DNA from: Candidatus Methanosuratincola verstraetei | Lineage (GTDB): Archaea > Thermoproteota > Methanomethylicia > Methanomethylicales > Methanomethylicaceae | NCBI GenBank assembly: GCA_049570475.1 | Contig: CP186953.1 | Coordinates: 992,001-1,056,000 of the forward strand | DNA: 64,000 nucleotides | Reading direction: 5' to 3' | Shown: in pieces, positions 48,231-57,674 of the stretch | How the letters are laid out: the number at the start of each line of letters is the position of its first letter | Position numbering within the stretch: position 1 is the stretch's first letter | The notes under the pieces: model-generated | What the model was told of the DNA's origin: nothing | The model's input: only the letters and a program-made list of their open reading frames with translations | The model's database searches: none | Made by a program: the position numbers and the translations under genes

Positions 48231-48728
48231 TCAGATCTTGAGCATGTTCTTCCAGATCTCGTCCCCTACATGGTGGACATTCTTGACCGCCTTGCCTTTC
48301 TCCCTGTTCAGGATCCTTTCCCTCTCCATGGCGAGCACACCAACTGCCAAGACCTTGTTGTGCCTCTCGTCTGCCACTGCCACTACATCGCCTGGCTTAA
48401 CACCCTCGGGCACGGATCTTATCCCGGGAGCCATGACGTCTGCCCCATTGCATATGTAGGGCACAGCACCCATGTCAACGACGATCCTGGGTATCTCCGA
48501 GAGCACCCCCTCTGAGGCCGTCAGGGCTGGCATAAGCTTCCCCTCCAGCTCGATTAGCACCGGCCTCTTTTCCTGAAGGTAGACCTTCTCGCCGCTGTCG
48601 AGCTCTACCACCTCGAGACCTTTCTTCTTGTCAATCGTCTCAGGAAGCTTGGGGGCAATCCTGCTCGCCCTCTCCAGGATCTCCTTAATCTCCTTCGTGC
48701 TTACCGGGTGCCGCTTCTTTATCAGCAA
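48231..48728 (-). CDS. PUA-domain RNA-binding protein (DUF1947/MCT-1-like)
   Basis: VVDMGAVPYICNGADVMAPGI and KGKAVKNVHHVGD motifs. Confidence 0.88.
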   Translation of the reverse strand: MLIKKRHPVSTKEIKEILERASRIAPKLPETIDKKKGLEVVELDSGEKVYLQEKRPVLIELEGKLMPALTASEGVLSEIPRIVVDMGAVPYICNGADVMAPGIRSVPEGVKPGDVVAVADERHNKVLAVGVLAMERERILNREKGKAVKNVHHVGDEIWKNMLKI

Positions 48729-48809
48729 AATCCCATTCTCCGATAAACTTAAATAACGTTTTCAATACACTCCCAGAATGCTAATTAACCTTTACGGCTG
48801 GAATCCATT

Positions 48810-49040
48810 ATGAGTGAAATTGGCGCAACAGAAATGCTGAGCGAGTCTCTCGGTTCATTCGTCCTAGTCAAGCTCAAGGGAGGCAGGGAAGTCCGGGGCT
48901 TGATGAAGAGCTTTGACCAACACTTGAACCTAGTCCTTGATAACGCTGAGGAGCTCTTCCCTGACAAAGAGCCGAAGAAGCTCGGTGCAATCATAGTTAG
49001 GGGCGACAATGTAGTCATCGTTTCGCCTTCCCCGAGGTGA
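48810..49040 (+). CDS. Sm-like archaeal protein (SmAP/LSm)
   Basis: [12 protein letters not shown]...FDQHLNLVL and IVRGDNV; upstream of rpl37e as usual. Confidence 0.93.
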   Translation: MSEIGATEMLSESLGSFVLVKLKGGREVRGLMKSFDQHLNLVLDNAEELFPDKEPKKLGAIIVRGDNVVIVSPSPR

Positions 49041-49045
49041 GTTGG

Positions 49046-49189
49046 ATGAAGGGCACAACCTCATTCGGTAGGAGGAACAGGGGCAAAACCCACGTATCGT
49101 GCAGGCGCTGCGGCAGGCACTCTTACAACGTCAGGGACAAGTTCTGCTCCGCCTGCGGCTTCGGCAAGACGCCAAAGATGCGGAACTAG
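49046..49189 (+). CDS. rpl37e: 50S ribosomal protein L37e (not in the ORF track)
   Basis: [47 protein letters not shown]. Confidence 0.93.
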   Translation: MKGTTSFGRRNRGKTHVSCRRCGRHSYNVRDKFCSACGFGKTPKMRN

Positions 49190-49406
49190 GCGCGACTCGC
49201 AGGACTCGCAGCCATTCACAATCCAACATTGCTTTGCAATGTGCTGATTATCCATTCTCCATTCTGTGCCCCAAAATCAAGAGTGCTCTCACAATTTTGT
49301 TCTAATGCCATTGTCCGCTCCCCATTAAACCGAAAGTCCCATTGCGGCCAGTGGATTGCGCTAAGGATATCTGCCCCTATAGCAACTCCATTCATGAGGT
49401 GGAATT

Positions 49407-49667
49407 ATGGCTGAAGTGCAAAAAGAAGAGAAACTCCCAACAAACGAGATGATCAAGGTAATCGACTACGTGACAATATCGAAGACAGACAACTGGTGGA
49501 CAGCGGTAGTCCTTGCGGGCGAGGGGAGCCGGAAGCACGTGATGCTTTACATGTGGAACAAGAAGGGGGACCGGTGGTCAAGGAGGCAGAAGTTCACAAT
49601 CGGTAGGAAGAGTGACTGGCCGAAACTGCGGGAGGCAATCGAGAGGCTCCTCGAGAAGGCGGACTGA
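49407..49667 (+). CDS. Small Trp/basic-rich hypothetical protein, possibly a PC4-like nucleic-acid-binding fold
   Basis: Beta-rich WWTAVVL...LYMW.K....W.RRQKFTI followed by a C-terminal helix W.KLREAIE. Confidence 0.55.
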   Translation: MAEVQKEEKLPTNEMIKVIDYVTISKTDNWWTAVVLAGEGSRKHVMLYMWNKKGDRWSRRQKFTIGRKSDWPKLREAIERLLEKAD

Positions 49668-49713
49668 ACGCCAATAACCTTTTTTAACCCCCTCATATTG
49701 TCTAATGCACTGT

Positions 49714-49822
49714 GGGCCGGTAGCTCAGCCTGGAAGAGCGCCCGCTTGGCAATGCCGGGCTTGCGAGCCCTTCCGCACCAAAGTGCGGGAGGCCACGGGT
49801 TCAAATCCCGTCCGGTCCACCA
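49714..49822 (+). tRNA. tRNA-Ala(GGC) with a 32-nt intron at 37/38 (49752-49783), CCA encoded
   Basis: G3:U70 pair; CCCGC-TT-GGC-A; BHB with UUGG/CCAA helix and CAA/AGU bulges. Confidence 0.95.
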
Positions 49823-50009
49823 AATTAAACAGCCCACAAGCCAAAATAAACTGCCCCTCCTCTACTTGCAGAGACGCAGGCAGCTACGTATTTTTGCTGT
49901 CTCATTTCTTTGGAATAAACCTTTGTAATGCTGTTCATTGGTAGTTTATTTCTGTAAAATATAATCTTGAACCAAAATTTTTTTAAGCAAAAGAGAATCA
50001 CTGAAAACC

Positions 50010-52454
50010 ATGCTCCTTTTCCAGCCCCCCGGAGATCCATCCAAAGCCATCAGGCTATTTTCTTTGGCAGCATCCGTTACCGAAAAAATTCACAATGCTG
50101 GCACCGTGGCAGAAATCTTCCAGAAAGTAGGAGACGAATTCTCGAAATCTGGCGAATGCTTCGCCTTGACCTACTCCAAATCCTCCAAGGCCCTAAGGCT
50201 TGAATCGAAATCGAGGCACCCTATCCTGGATTATGTCGAAGTTGCAAACGAGGTCCTCCTCAGCGGACTTAGTGGAGGCATATCCAAAGCCATTTTCGAG
50301 GGCACTACCCAGATAATGGCACTGATTGAGGCACTCAGAGAGCTTGACGGATCCATCAGATCCGGATCAGAGAAAGCAACTGAGGTTGAAGGCTGCGGCG
50401 TTGTAGTCGCGCCTCTAAGAAAAGGCTCAGAGGTCCTAGGTTTGTTGATAGTTGGTGGGGAGGGGCTCCCTCAAGAGTCAAAGGTTGCAGTGGAACAGAT
50501 CTCTCGAGCAGCATCGATGCGTCTGGAGTTGCTGATCGAACTTTCAAAAGAGGAGAATGCAGCGCTGGATCAAAAGGCAAGGCTCCTGAGGAAGCTTATG
50601 GACTCTGTCCCGGGCGCGGTCTTTTTCAAGAACAAAGATATGCTCTTCGAAGACTGCAACCGCGAGTTCGAGATTGTGGTTGGCCTTCCGAAAGAAAGCA
50701 TAATTGGCAAGACGGTCGAGGAAGTTCTGCCTGAAAGCGCCCGCTTCATCAAACAGAAGGATGAGGAGCTTCTTCAAATGGGCGGGATCCAGTCTTACGA
50801 GCTCGAAATAAAGACCGGGATCGGTTCGAAAACCTTCTTTGTTCAGAAATCGGTCGTCCTAGACCCTGATGGCAAAATTCAGGGTCTGGTCGGAGTGATG
50901 GTCGACATCTCAGAACTCAAGAAGATCGCGCGCTTCATGACCGCTATAATAGACTCAATCCCTGATCCTGTTTTTGTAGTTGACAAGGATAGGCGTGTCA
51001 TTGAATGGAACCGCGCGATCGAGGATCTTACAGGCATTCCAAAAGATTCGATCGTCGGAAAGGATGAGTACGAATATGCGGTGCCTTTCTATGGGGAACG
51101 CCGCCCCCTCCTGCTGGATCTCCTCTTCGAGAGTGATGCGCGATATGCGAGGTTGTATACGCGGTTCGAGAGGACCAATGCGCGTGCAGTGGCAGAGGGG
51201 TACATCAACTCCAAACGCGGGAGGAGGTATGTGATCGGTCACGCCAGCCTGATTTATGACTCTGCTGGGAACCTTCTGGGCGGAGTCGAAACTTTCAAGG
51301 ACATCACAGACCACAAGGAACTGGAAGAGGCGCTTAGGCAGAGCGAGGGGCGTTACAGGGCAATAGTTGACGATTTGACAGAGGCAATTGTAAGGTTCAA
51401 ACCTGATGGGGAGATAACCTTTGTTAACAGGGCATTCGAAGAGATGATGGGCATCCCAAAAGATTCCATAGTGGGGATGAATGTCCTTGACCTGATTCCT
51501 GAGGAAGAACGCAAAGAAGTGGTTGCCCTGCTGGACAAGGCAAACGAAAATCCTGTTGCAAAGTTCATGACGAAGGAAGCCAAGCCAGACGGCAGCATGT
51601 TGTGGATTATGTGGATAGGGAGGGCAATATTTGATTCAGTCGGGCGTATCGTCGAGTTCCAGGCGGCTGGTCGGGACATAACCGCATTCAAGCGAATCGA
51701 GGATGAATTGAAGAACCTAGTCGAAGAGAGGACTAGAAAGCTCCAGGAAGCAGAGAGATTGGCCACAATCGGCCAGATAGCCGCCTCCGTGGGGCACGAC
51801 CTGAGGGCTCCATTGCAGTCAATAATGAACAATGCCTATCTACTGGGGATTTCGGCGTCGGACCCAAGCCTCCCGGAAAAATCCTCCGCCGAAATACTCG
51901 AACTGCAGAAAAAGATAGAGCGCCAGGTGCAATACATGAGTGGAATAATCGGGGATATCAGGGACTTCTCGAGGAACCTTGTTCTCGATAAGCGTCCCGT
52001 CCCGGTCCAAACCCTGGTTCAGGAAGCTCTGTCGATGGTCTCCCTCCCCCAAAATGTCATTCTTTCATTAAATCTGGACATTCGCGATCCAGTATCGGTC
52101 GACCAAGGCATGTTTACGAGGGTCCTAGTGAACCTGATCACAAACGCGATCGAGTCAATGCCGAAAGGCGGCAATCTCGAGATCAATGCACGAGACCTTG
52201 GTGAATGGGTTGCAATCGAGGTAAAAGACACTGGTGTCGGGATTCCTAAGGAGCACCTGGATAAGCTCTTCACCCCCCTCTTCACGACCAAGTCAAAAGG
52301 CTCCGGACTCGGGTTGGCTATATGCAAGCGCATAGTGGAAGCTCACGGAGGTAAGATCAGAGTCGAGAGCCAAGTCGGTGAGGGGAGTTCGTTCATAATT
52401 GAGCTCCATAAGCCTGCCAAACCTAATAAATCTGGGATTGAGCAAAAGGACTAG
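50010..52454 (+). CDS. Cytoplasmic sensor histidine kinase (GAF-like + 3 PAS + HisKA + HATPase)
   Basis: Three PAS repeats (...N.AFE...G....IVG), VGHDLRAPL H-box, NLITNA, DTGVGI, FTTKSKGSGLGL. Confidence 0.9.
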   Translation: MLLFQPPGDPSKAIRLFSLAASVTEKIHNAGTVAEIFQKVGDEFSKSGECFALTYSKSSKALRLESKSRHPILDYVEVANEVLLSGLSGGISKAIFEGTTQIMALIEALRELDGSIRSGSEKATEVEGCGVVVAPLRKGSEVLGLLIVGGEGLPQESKVAVEQISRAASMRLELLIELSKEENAALDQKARLLRKLMDSVPGAVFFKNKDMLFEDCNREFEIVVGLPKESIIGKTVEEVLPESARFIKQKDEELLQMGGIQSYELEIKTGIGSKTFFVQKSVVLDPDGKIQGLVGVMVDISELKKIARFMTAIIDSIPDPVFVVDKDRRVIEWNRAIEDLTGIPKDSIVGKDEYEYAVPFYGERRPLLLDLLFESDARYARLYTRFERTNARAVAEGYINSKRGRRYVIGHASLIYDSAGNLLGGVETFKDITDHKELEEALRQSEGRYRAIVDDLTEAIVRFKPDGEITFVNRAFEEMMGIPKDSIVGMNVLDLIPEEERKEVVALLDKANENPVAKFMTKEAKPDGSMLWIMWIGRAIFDSVGRIVEFQAAGRDITAFKRIEDELKNLVEERTRKLQEAERLATIGQIAASVGHDLRAPLQSIMNNAYLLGISASDPSLPEKSSAEILELQKKIERQVQYMSGIIGDIRDFSRNLVLDKRPVPVQTLVQEALSMVSLPQNVILSLNLDIRDPVSVDQGMFTRVLVNLITNAIESMPKGGNLEINARDLGEWVAIEVKDTGVGIPKEHLDKLFTPLFTTKSKGSGLGLAICKRIVEAHGGKIRVESQVGEGSSFIIELHKPAKPNKSGIEQKD

Positions 52455-52710
52455 CATCTCCCAAGACGGAATGCTAGACCAAAAATGGCAACTGCGCTCG
52501 GATCCAATCTATGGAGATTTGGCCCATTGTTTCGCGAAATTTTGAGTTCTCCGATCCGAATGCAAACGGTCTGCCCGGTGGGCTATGTATTCTTCAGCAA
52601 ACCGCCCGCCCCTTGCAGGAAGCCGTTCGATCAGAAGTTGCAGCCTGCTGCATGAACTTAGGTCGCCAGGCGCCCAACTGGGATGCAAAAGGCTCCTGCC
52701 TTTTTTGCCA

Positions 52711-53772
52711 TCAAATCAACAGGATGATCATCCCGACAGAGAACAGAAGGGCTGCAGAGACGATCCTTATGTGACTCTTCGGGATCTTTGGAGCGATCCC
52801 CCGCCCCCAAAGGACGAGCACCGCCACCAGTGGGGCTACGAATATGAGGTTATAAAAAAGAAGGTATGCGATAACCTCGGCGCTGCCCATATCGTATTGA
52901 GTCATCAGCGCAAGGGCAAGGAAATACGGCCCCCCTGTGCATGGGAGCTCGACCGCAGAAATGGCTGCCCCTGCAAGAAAAGATAGAGGCGCTGTCGTGG
53001 ATTTGTTGATTAGCTTCTTGACAACCGGTCTGCTCTGGGCGGGTATCTTCGAGAATAATGTGTATATTGCAAGTGCTATGGCTGCCCCCCCTATTATCTT
53101 GTTCAAGTATGCTGGCATCTCGAACTGATGGAGAAAAGCGAACAGTCCTAGCCCGATCGTCAGGTATGCGACAAAGTTGCCTGCAATGTAAGCCCCGCCG
53201 ATCTTCCAGGTGCCCGCAGTGGAAGCGCCGATCGCAGCTATAAGCAGGAGGAGCACTGTGATTGCACAGGGGTTCATCGAGTCCGCGAAAGCCATGCCGG
53301 CTATTACAGCGATCGGCGTCCCTTCGGAATGCTGCTCATCCCCTGGATAAGGGGGCACCGAGGCATTAGGCGAGGGGCACACCCATCCCGTCTTGTTCTC
53401 CAGCAGCGGCTCCAGCCTGCTTTGGATCTCCTCCTTGCCTGGGAGTATTTCGTTTCCTATGAACACGACGGGCCATCGGTAAGTTCCTATGTTCCGGGAG
53501 TTGTAAAACTCGATCAGAAGCGCGTAGTTAGTCTTGTTGCTTATCTCGTAGCGGACAACCTCAAGCAGCGGGTACTTCGCCTCGACCGTCTTGATGTAAT
53601 TGTCCGCCTCAACGCAGCTGTGGCAGCCCTTCGAATAGAAGAAATAGATGCACTGGTGGACGTCTTTCGCGTCCACCGAAGAGTGCGCGCTCCCCACAAA
53701 TGAAACCCCCAACACAATCGCCGCCACAAAAAGGAGCGCAGCAAAGGTCTTTTTCATAAAGTTATTCTCCAT
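52711..53772 (-). CDS. Exported thioredoxin/glutaredoxin domain fused to a CcdA/DsbD-like TM domain
   Basis: Signal peptide; FYSKGCHSC; TM region with DSMNPCA and ELPCTGGPY. Confidence 0.8.
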   Translation of the reverse strand: MENNFMKKTFAALLFVAAIVLGVSFVGSAHSSVDAKDVHQCIYFFYSKGCHSCVEADNYIKTVEAKYPLLEVVRYEISNKTNYALLIEFYNSRNIGTYRWPVVFIGNEILPGKEEIQSRLEPLLENKTGWVCPSPNASVPPYPGDEQHSEGTPIAVIAGMAFADSMNPCAITVLLLLIAAIGASTAGTWKIGGAYIAGNFVAYLTIGLGLFAFLHQFEMPAYLNKIIGGAAIALAIYTLFSKIPAQSRPVVKKLINKSTTAPLSFLAGAAISAVELPCTGGPYFLALALMTQYDMGSAEVIAYLLFYNLIFVAPLVAVLVLWGRGIAPKIPKSHIRIVSAALLFSVGMIILLI

Positions 53773-53822
53773 CCATACCTCTATTTTTGGATATCTGTTT
53801 GCCTATATGCGTGCCAGCGCCC

Positions 53823-55442
53823 CTAATCTCGCTGGAACATGGTGAGCCTGGTCTGGCTCCTAGGGGCTCTCTTCGGCAACTCTGACTCGCTGACCCGCTG
53901 GGTGAACCCATAGACCCTCTCCACCTTCCTCATGACCCCAATCATCTTGTTCCTCTCGTGAGTCCCGGGGGTCACAAGGGCAAAGATCTTCGCAACGCTC
54001 TTCCCCTCTGACCTCCTGAGTACCCTGCCGAACCTCTGTATCCATTTCTTGGGGTTGCTCGGCGGATCGATCCAGATCTCGATGTCGGCGCTTGGAATGT
54101 CAAGCCCCTCCTCGCCGATGCTGGTGCAGACAAGTATGCTGGCCCGCTCCCTGAACTGCATGAGCGCGGATGCCTGCTCTTCCATCTTCATGTCCCCCTT
54201 GCCTACAAGCACAGCCACATCCTCGATCCCTCTGGATCTCTGAAGAACCCCGCCCAGCTCCTTGGCGCCCTCGACCGACTCCATGAACACTATTGCCTTG
54301 CTGAAACGCTCAGACTCTAGCAGCTGGATCGCTGCCGATATCTTATGGTTCGGCTGCTCCAAAACCAGCTCTTTGTACGCCTCAAGTATGCTCTTGCCTC
54401 CCAGCTCCCGCGCTGGTCTTGAAAGCTCCCTCATCTTCCAGATCCCGTATCCTGAGACGCTGCTCGCACCATCCTCGACAATCCTGGTCCTCATTATCTT
54501 CAGGGCTATCAGGCAGATGCATAGACCGTGATCCCTGCAGTACCCCCGCGCATGAGCAGGGCCGTAGATGCTCGCTACCCTTTCTTGCACCTCCTTGGCG
54601 ACGCTATAAAGCCCTTTGTAGATTGCAATAAGCCTTGGACTTGCCGGGACCCTCAAAATTGAGAGCTCCCTACCTGGCATCTGCCCCTTGACTTCTGGGT
54701 CTTCGATTGAGACCGACTCTATCGTTTCGAAGATCTTCCTCAACTCTCCGAGCCTCTTGGGTGAGTGTAGCTGGGGCGTTGCGCTCAGGGCAAGAATCTT
54801 TGCGCCCGACGCCTTTGCCGAGACTAGTATCGAATACCCATCGGTCTCCCCTATGTAGCCGTGGCACTCGTCCGCTATCAGTATGTCGTAGGGGAAGCGG
54901 AACCCCTCAGATTCGAAGATCTTGCGTAGGCGCCCGACAGGATCCCCCTCTGCCTTTGCCTGCCTTATCTCGATCTCGAACTCCGCGAGCAAATCGTTGT
55001 ATAGCGTCTGGGGGGTAGTCACAACGTAACCCGCGTTCCAGACCATCAGCTCCCTCCGCCTCTCGGGGGGGATGCTCCCTGAGATAAAATACGCATTCTC
55101 CAAGTTGAGCTGCTTCCTGGCGAAGATCGTCTGTTGCACCCCTAACGGGACTGAAGGGGTTAGGAAAGCGACCCTCGAAGGGCTTTTGCAGGTCATCCGG
55201 TGTATGTATGCTCCTGCAACGTAGGTCTTCCCCAGCCCGGTTGGCAGGCCCACTATGAGCGTCCCGTTGCTTATCTTTTCCAAGATCTTCTGCTGGAATG
55301 GGTAGAGCTGGTAGTTCAGGCTCTTTACCGACACGCTCTCCTTTTCGGGTATCCTCTTTGAGGGCGACAACCCTGAGCTGAGCACCTGCAGGGAATATCT
55401 GCCGCCATTCAAGAACTTGAGGTATTCTTCCCATTCCTGCAT
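53823..55442 (-). CDS. Hef/FANCM-like SF2 helicase without nuclease domain; C-terminal PIP box
   Basis: LPTGLGKT, DECH, SATP, TSIGEEGLDIP and IQRFGR motifs; ends QTRLTMF. Confidence 0.8.
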   Translation of the reverse strand: MQEWEEYLKFLNGGRYSLQVLSSGLSPSKRIPEKESVSVKSLNYQLYPFQQKILEKISNGTLIVGLPTGLGKTYVAGAYIHRMTCKSPSRVAFLTPSVPLGVQQTIFARKQLNLENAYFISGSIPPERRRELMVWNAGYVVTTPQTLYNDLLAEFEIEIRQAKAEGDPVGRLRKIFESEGFRFPYDILIADECHGYIGETDGYSILVSAKASGAKILALSATPQLHSPKRLGELRKIFETIESVSIEDPEVKGQMPGRELSILRVPASPRLIAIYKGLYSVAKEVQERVASIYGPAHARGYCRDHGLCICLIALKIMRTRIVEDGASSVSGYGIWKMRELSRPARELGGKSILEAYKELVLEQPNHKISAAIQLLESERFSKAIVFMESVEGAKELGGVLQRSRGIEDVAVLVGKGDMKMEEQASALMQFRERASILVCTSIGEEGLDIPSADIEIWIDPPSNPKKWIQRFGRVLRRSEGKSVAKIFALVTPGTHERNKMIGVMRKVERVYGFTQRVSESELPKRAPRSQTRLTMFQRD

Positions 55443-55616
55443 CCCGATCTCGCCTGCCCGTCCACATTAAACGTCTCTGCTTTTGTCCCTTGCCTATTTC
55501 GCTGGGCGCTCTGCTGGAATGATTTGAAAAACAATATATATAAAAAATAATAAAATTTGCAATAGAACCTGATCCAACACAAGAGGTCTATCTTTGAGGC
55601 CGCCCACGTAGATGTC

Positions 55617-57095
55617 TTGGCAGGCGTTGCATTGCTGATCCTTGTGACAATAACTAGGGCGTACAGCTATCTCCTCTTCCATTCGTTAGTAGAGCTTTTT
55701 TCTATTGTTATTGCCTTCTCGATCTTCCTGATCGCCTGGAACTCCAAGCAATCCATGGACAACGACTTTTTGCTGTTCCTTGGAATAGTGTACCTTTTTG
55801 TTGGGATAATCGATCTCTTCCACACTCTTGCCTACAAAGGAATGGGCGTCTTCCCGGGGTTTGACTCAAATTTGCCTACGCAGCTCTAGATCACAGCACG
55901 ATACTTCGAGTCCACGGGCTTGTTAATTTCTACGGTCTTCCTGAAAAGAAAACTCAGGCCAGCACTAGCGTTGGCGCTCTATGCTTCGGCGACTTCTATT
56001 GCGCTGCTCTCGATTTTCTCACGTTCATTTCCGGTCTGCTATATCGAAGGTTATGGCCTGACCGTTTTCAAAGTGGCGAGCGAGTACATCATAGTCCTGG
56101 TTTTGGCCCTCTCCATAATCCGAATATACCGATTGAGATCCTTGTTCGACAGGCACGTTCTCTTCCTTGTCAGCTCTTCGATCGCTGTGACCGCGTTCTC
56201 GGAACTGTCTTTCACACTATATCTCGATGTTTACGGCTTGTTCAACATGCTAGGGCACATTCTCAAGCTGATTTCATTCTATCTGATCTATATGTCGATC
56301 GTGAGGGTCGGGATCACAATCCCTCATGCCCTCCTCTTCCGCGCTACCAAGGAGAACGAGGAGAGGCTTCAGAGGATCGTCGAGGAAAAGACGCGTGGAA
56401 TCCTGAAGTTGCAGGAGCGCCTCTTGGAGATCGAGCGGGGTGCAGCCTTCGGTGAAGTGGCCGCCTCAGTGATCCATGACATGAAATCGCCGATGCAAAC
56501 GCTTCTAAATCTAGTGTTCATGCTCCGCAATTCAGAATCCGTGGGCAGAGACGAAAAATTGAAAGGCATTCTGGATCGAATCGATCAGCAAATATCGTAC
56601 CTTAATAATGTAACTTTGGAACTGAAGCAATATGCCAAGCCAATGAAGCCGTCAATCTCTCCCGTTGACCTCAACGAACTCCTGCTTGGTGTGCTTAAGT
56701 CGATAGAAATCCCAAGCAATATAAAGGCAGAAATTAACCTTCCCGAGGGCTTGCCGAGGATCCTTGCAGACCCCATTTTCATGCAGCGCACGTTCCACAA
56801 TGTCATCCTCAATGCCATCGAGGCGATGCCAGGTGGAGGAATCCTACGAGTCTCCGCCGAAAAAGAAGGAAATCAGCTGGTTGTGACCGTCTCAGACACG
56901 GGGGTGGGGATCGCGCCCGAGGACAAGGAAAAACTATTCCGCCCCATGTTCACCACAAAAAAGGGCGGGACAGGCCTTGGTTTGGCAATTAGCAAGAGGC
57001 TTTTGGAGTCGATAGGCGGCTCTATAGATTTCACCAGTGAAAAAGGAAAAGGGACGACCTTCAGAATAAGAATCCCTGCATCGGATCAGGCATAG
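55617..57095 (+). pseudogene. MASE3-domain sensor histidine kinase interrupted by one in-frame TAG (55887-55889)
   Basis: YLLFHSLVELFSI..., HTLAYKGMG, NLPTQL*ITARY (W in MASE3 homologues), continuing in frame to HDMKSP, NAIEA and GTGLGL. Confidence 0.75.
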
Positions 57096-57163
57096 CAAGA
57101 GCCGCTTCAGTGGTCGGCTAGGATTCCATATACCGCAGCTTTACGGAATAATCGGGAGAGCGA

Positions 57164-57193
57164 CCACAGGCTTTAGCCGTGGGGGTGCTTCAG
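57164..57193. repeat. Solo IS200/IS605 right-end-like hairpin
   Basis: CCACAGGCTTTAGCCGTGGGGGTGCTTCAG: GGC-TTTA-GCC hairpin followed by a TCA-type end. Confidence 0.55.
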
Positions 57194-57245
57194 CAACCAA
57201 TAACCCAAAAAATTTAAAATACCCGCCTAGCATTCCAACAATTAC

Positions 57246-57339
<94 letters not shown>

Positions 57340-57352
57340 ATTTTTCCATTTG

Positions 57353-57560
57353 GCATATGCTCGGGAACCCCTTGATCCAGTCCCTCGGTTGACGACTGAA
57401 CTGCACAAAGGGGGGATTGAACCCCCTCCCACTCCAGCAGTGGTGTGTGTATTTTGAAATCCGTGACCCGGACAGCTTAGGGATTGCCGAAGACTCTCCT
57501 GGATCCTACGACTCCCCGTCTGTGTGCTAGCGGGTTTGGGGGAGTCTGGGCGCTCAATGC
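57353..57560 (+). ncRNA. Candidate unannotated structured RNA
   Basis: Nested helices, several with G-U pairs favouring the + strand (see findings); no credible ORF. Confidence 0.4.
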
Positions 57561-57674
57561 GATCGGAACAACTGCGATGCACTTGGTGGGAAAGGCAAGT
57601 TAATATGGTCGATTTCCCTTTTGGCGGTCTAATTTTTATTAATCAGATCAGCAATAAACAATACGGTGTAATTA

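Noticed and set aside
49187-49189. rpl37e ends at TAG slightly early, raising possible amber read-through
   Set aside because: The downstream translation does not resemble the L37e C-terminus, and short archaeal L37e proteins are plausible.
49192-49212. Short tandem repeat GACTCGCAG x2 after rpl37e
   Set aside because: Two copies of a 9-mer, with no evidence of function.
57405-57430. Minus-strand GGGGGTTCAATCCCCC resembling a tRNA T-arm (split tRNA half or att site)
   Set aside because: No matching D/anticodon arms or cognate tRNA 3' end could be built. The hairpin fits better within the larger + strand fold.
57353-57600. Known riboswitch (Moco/Wco, cobalamin, c-di-AMP, NiCo) upstream of cooS
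   Set aside because: Only fragmentary motif similarity in the wrong order or strand. cooS appears to have its own TATA-like box (~57634-57642) just upstream of the start.
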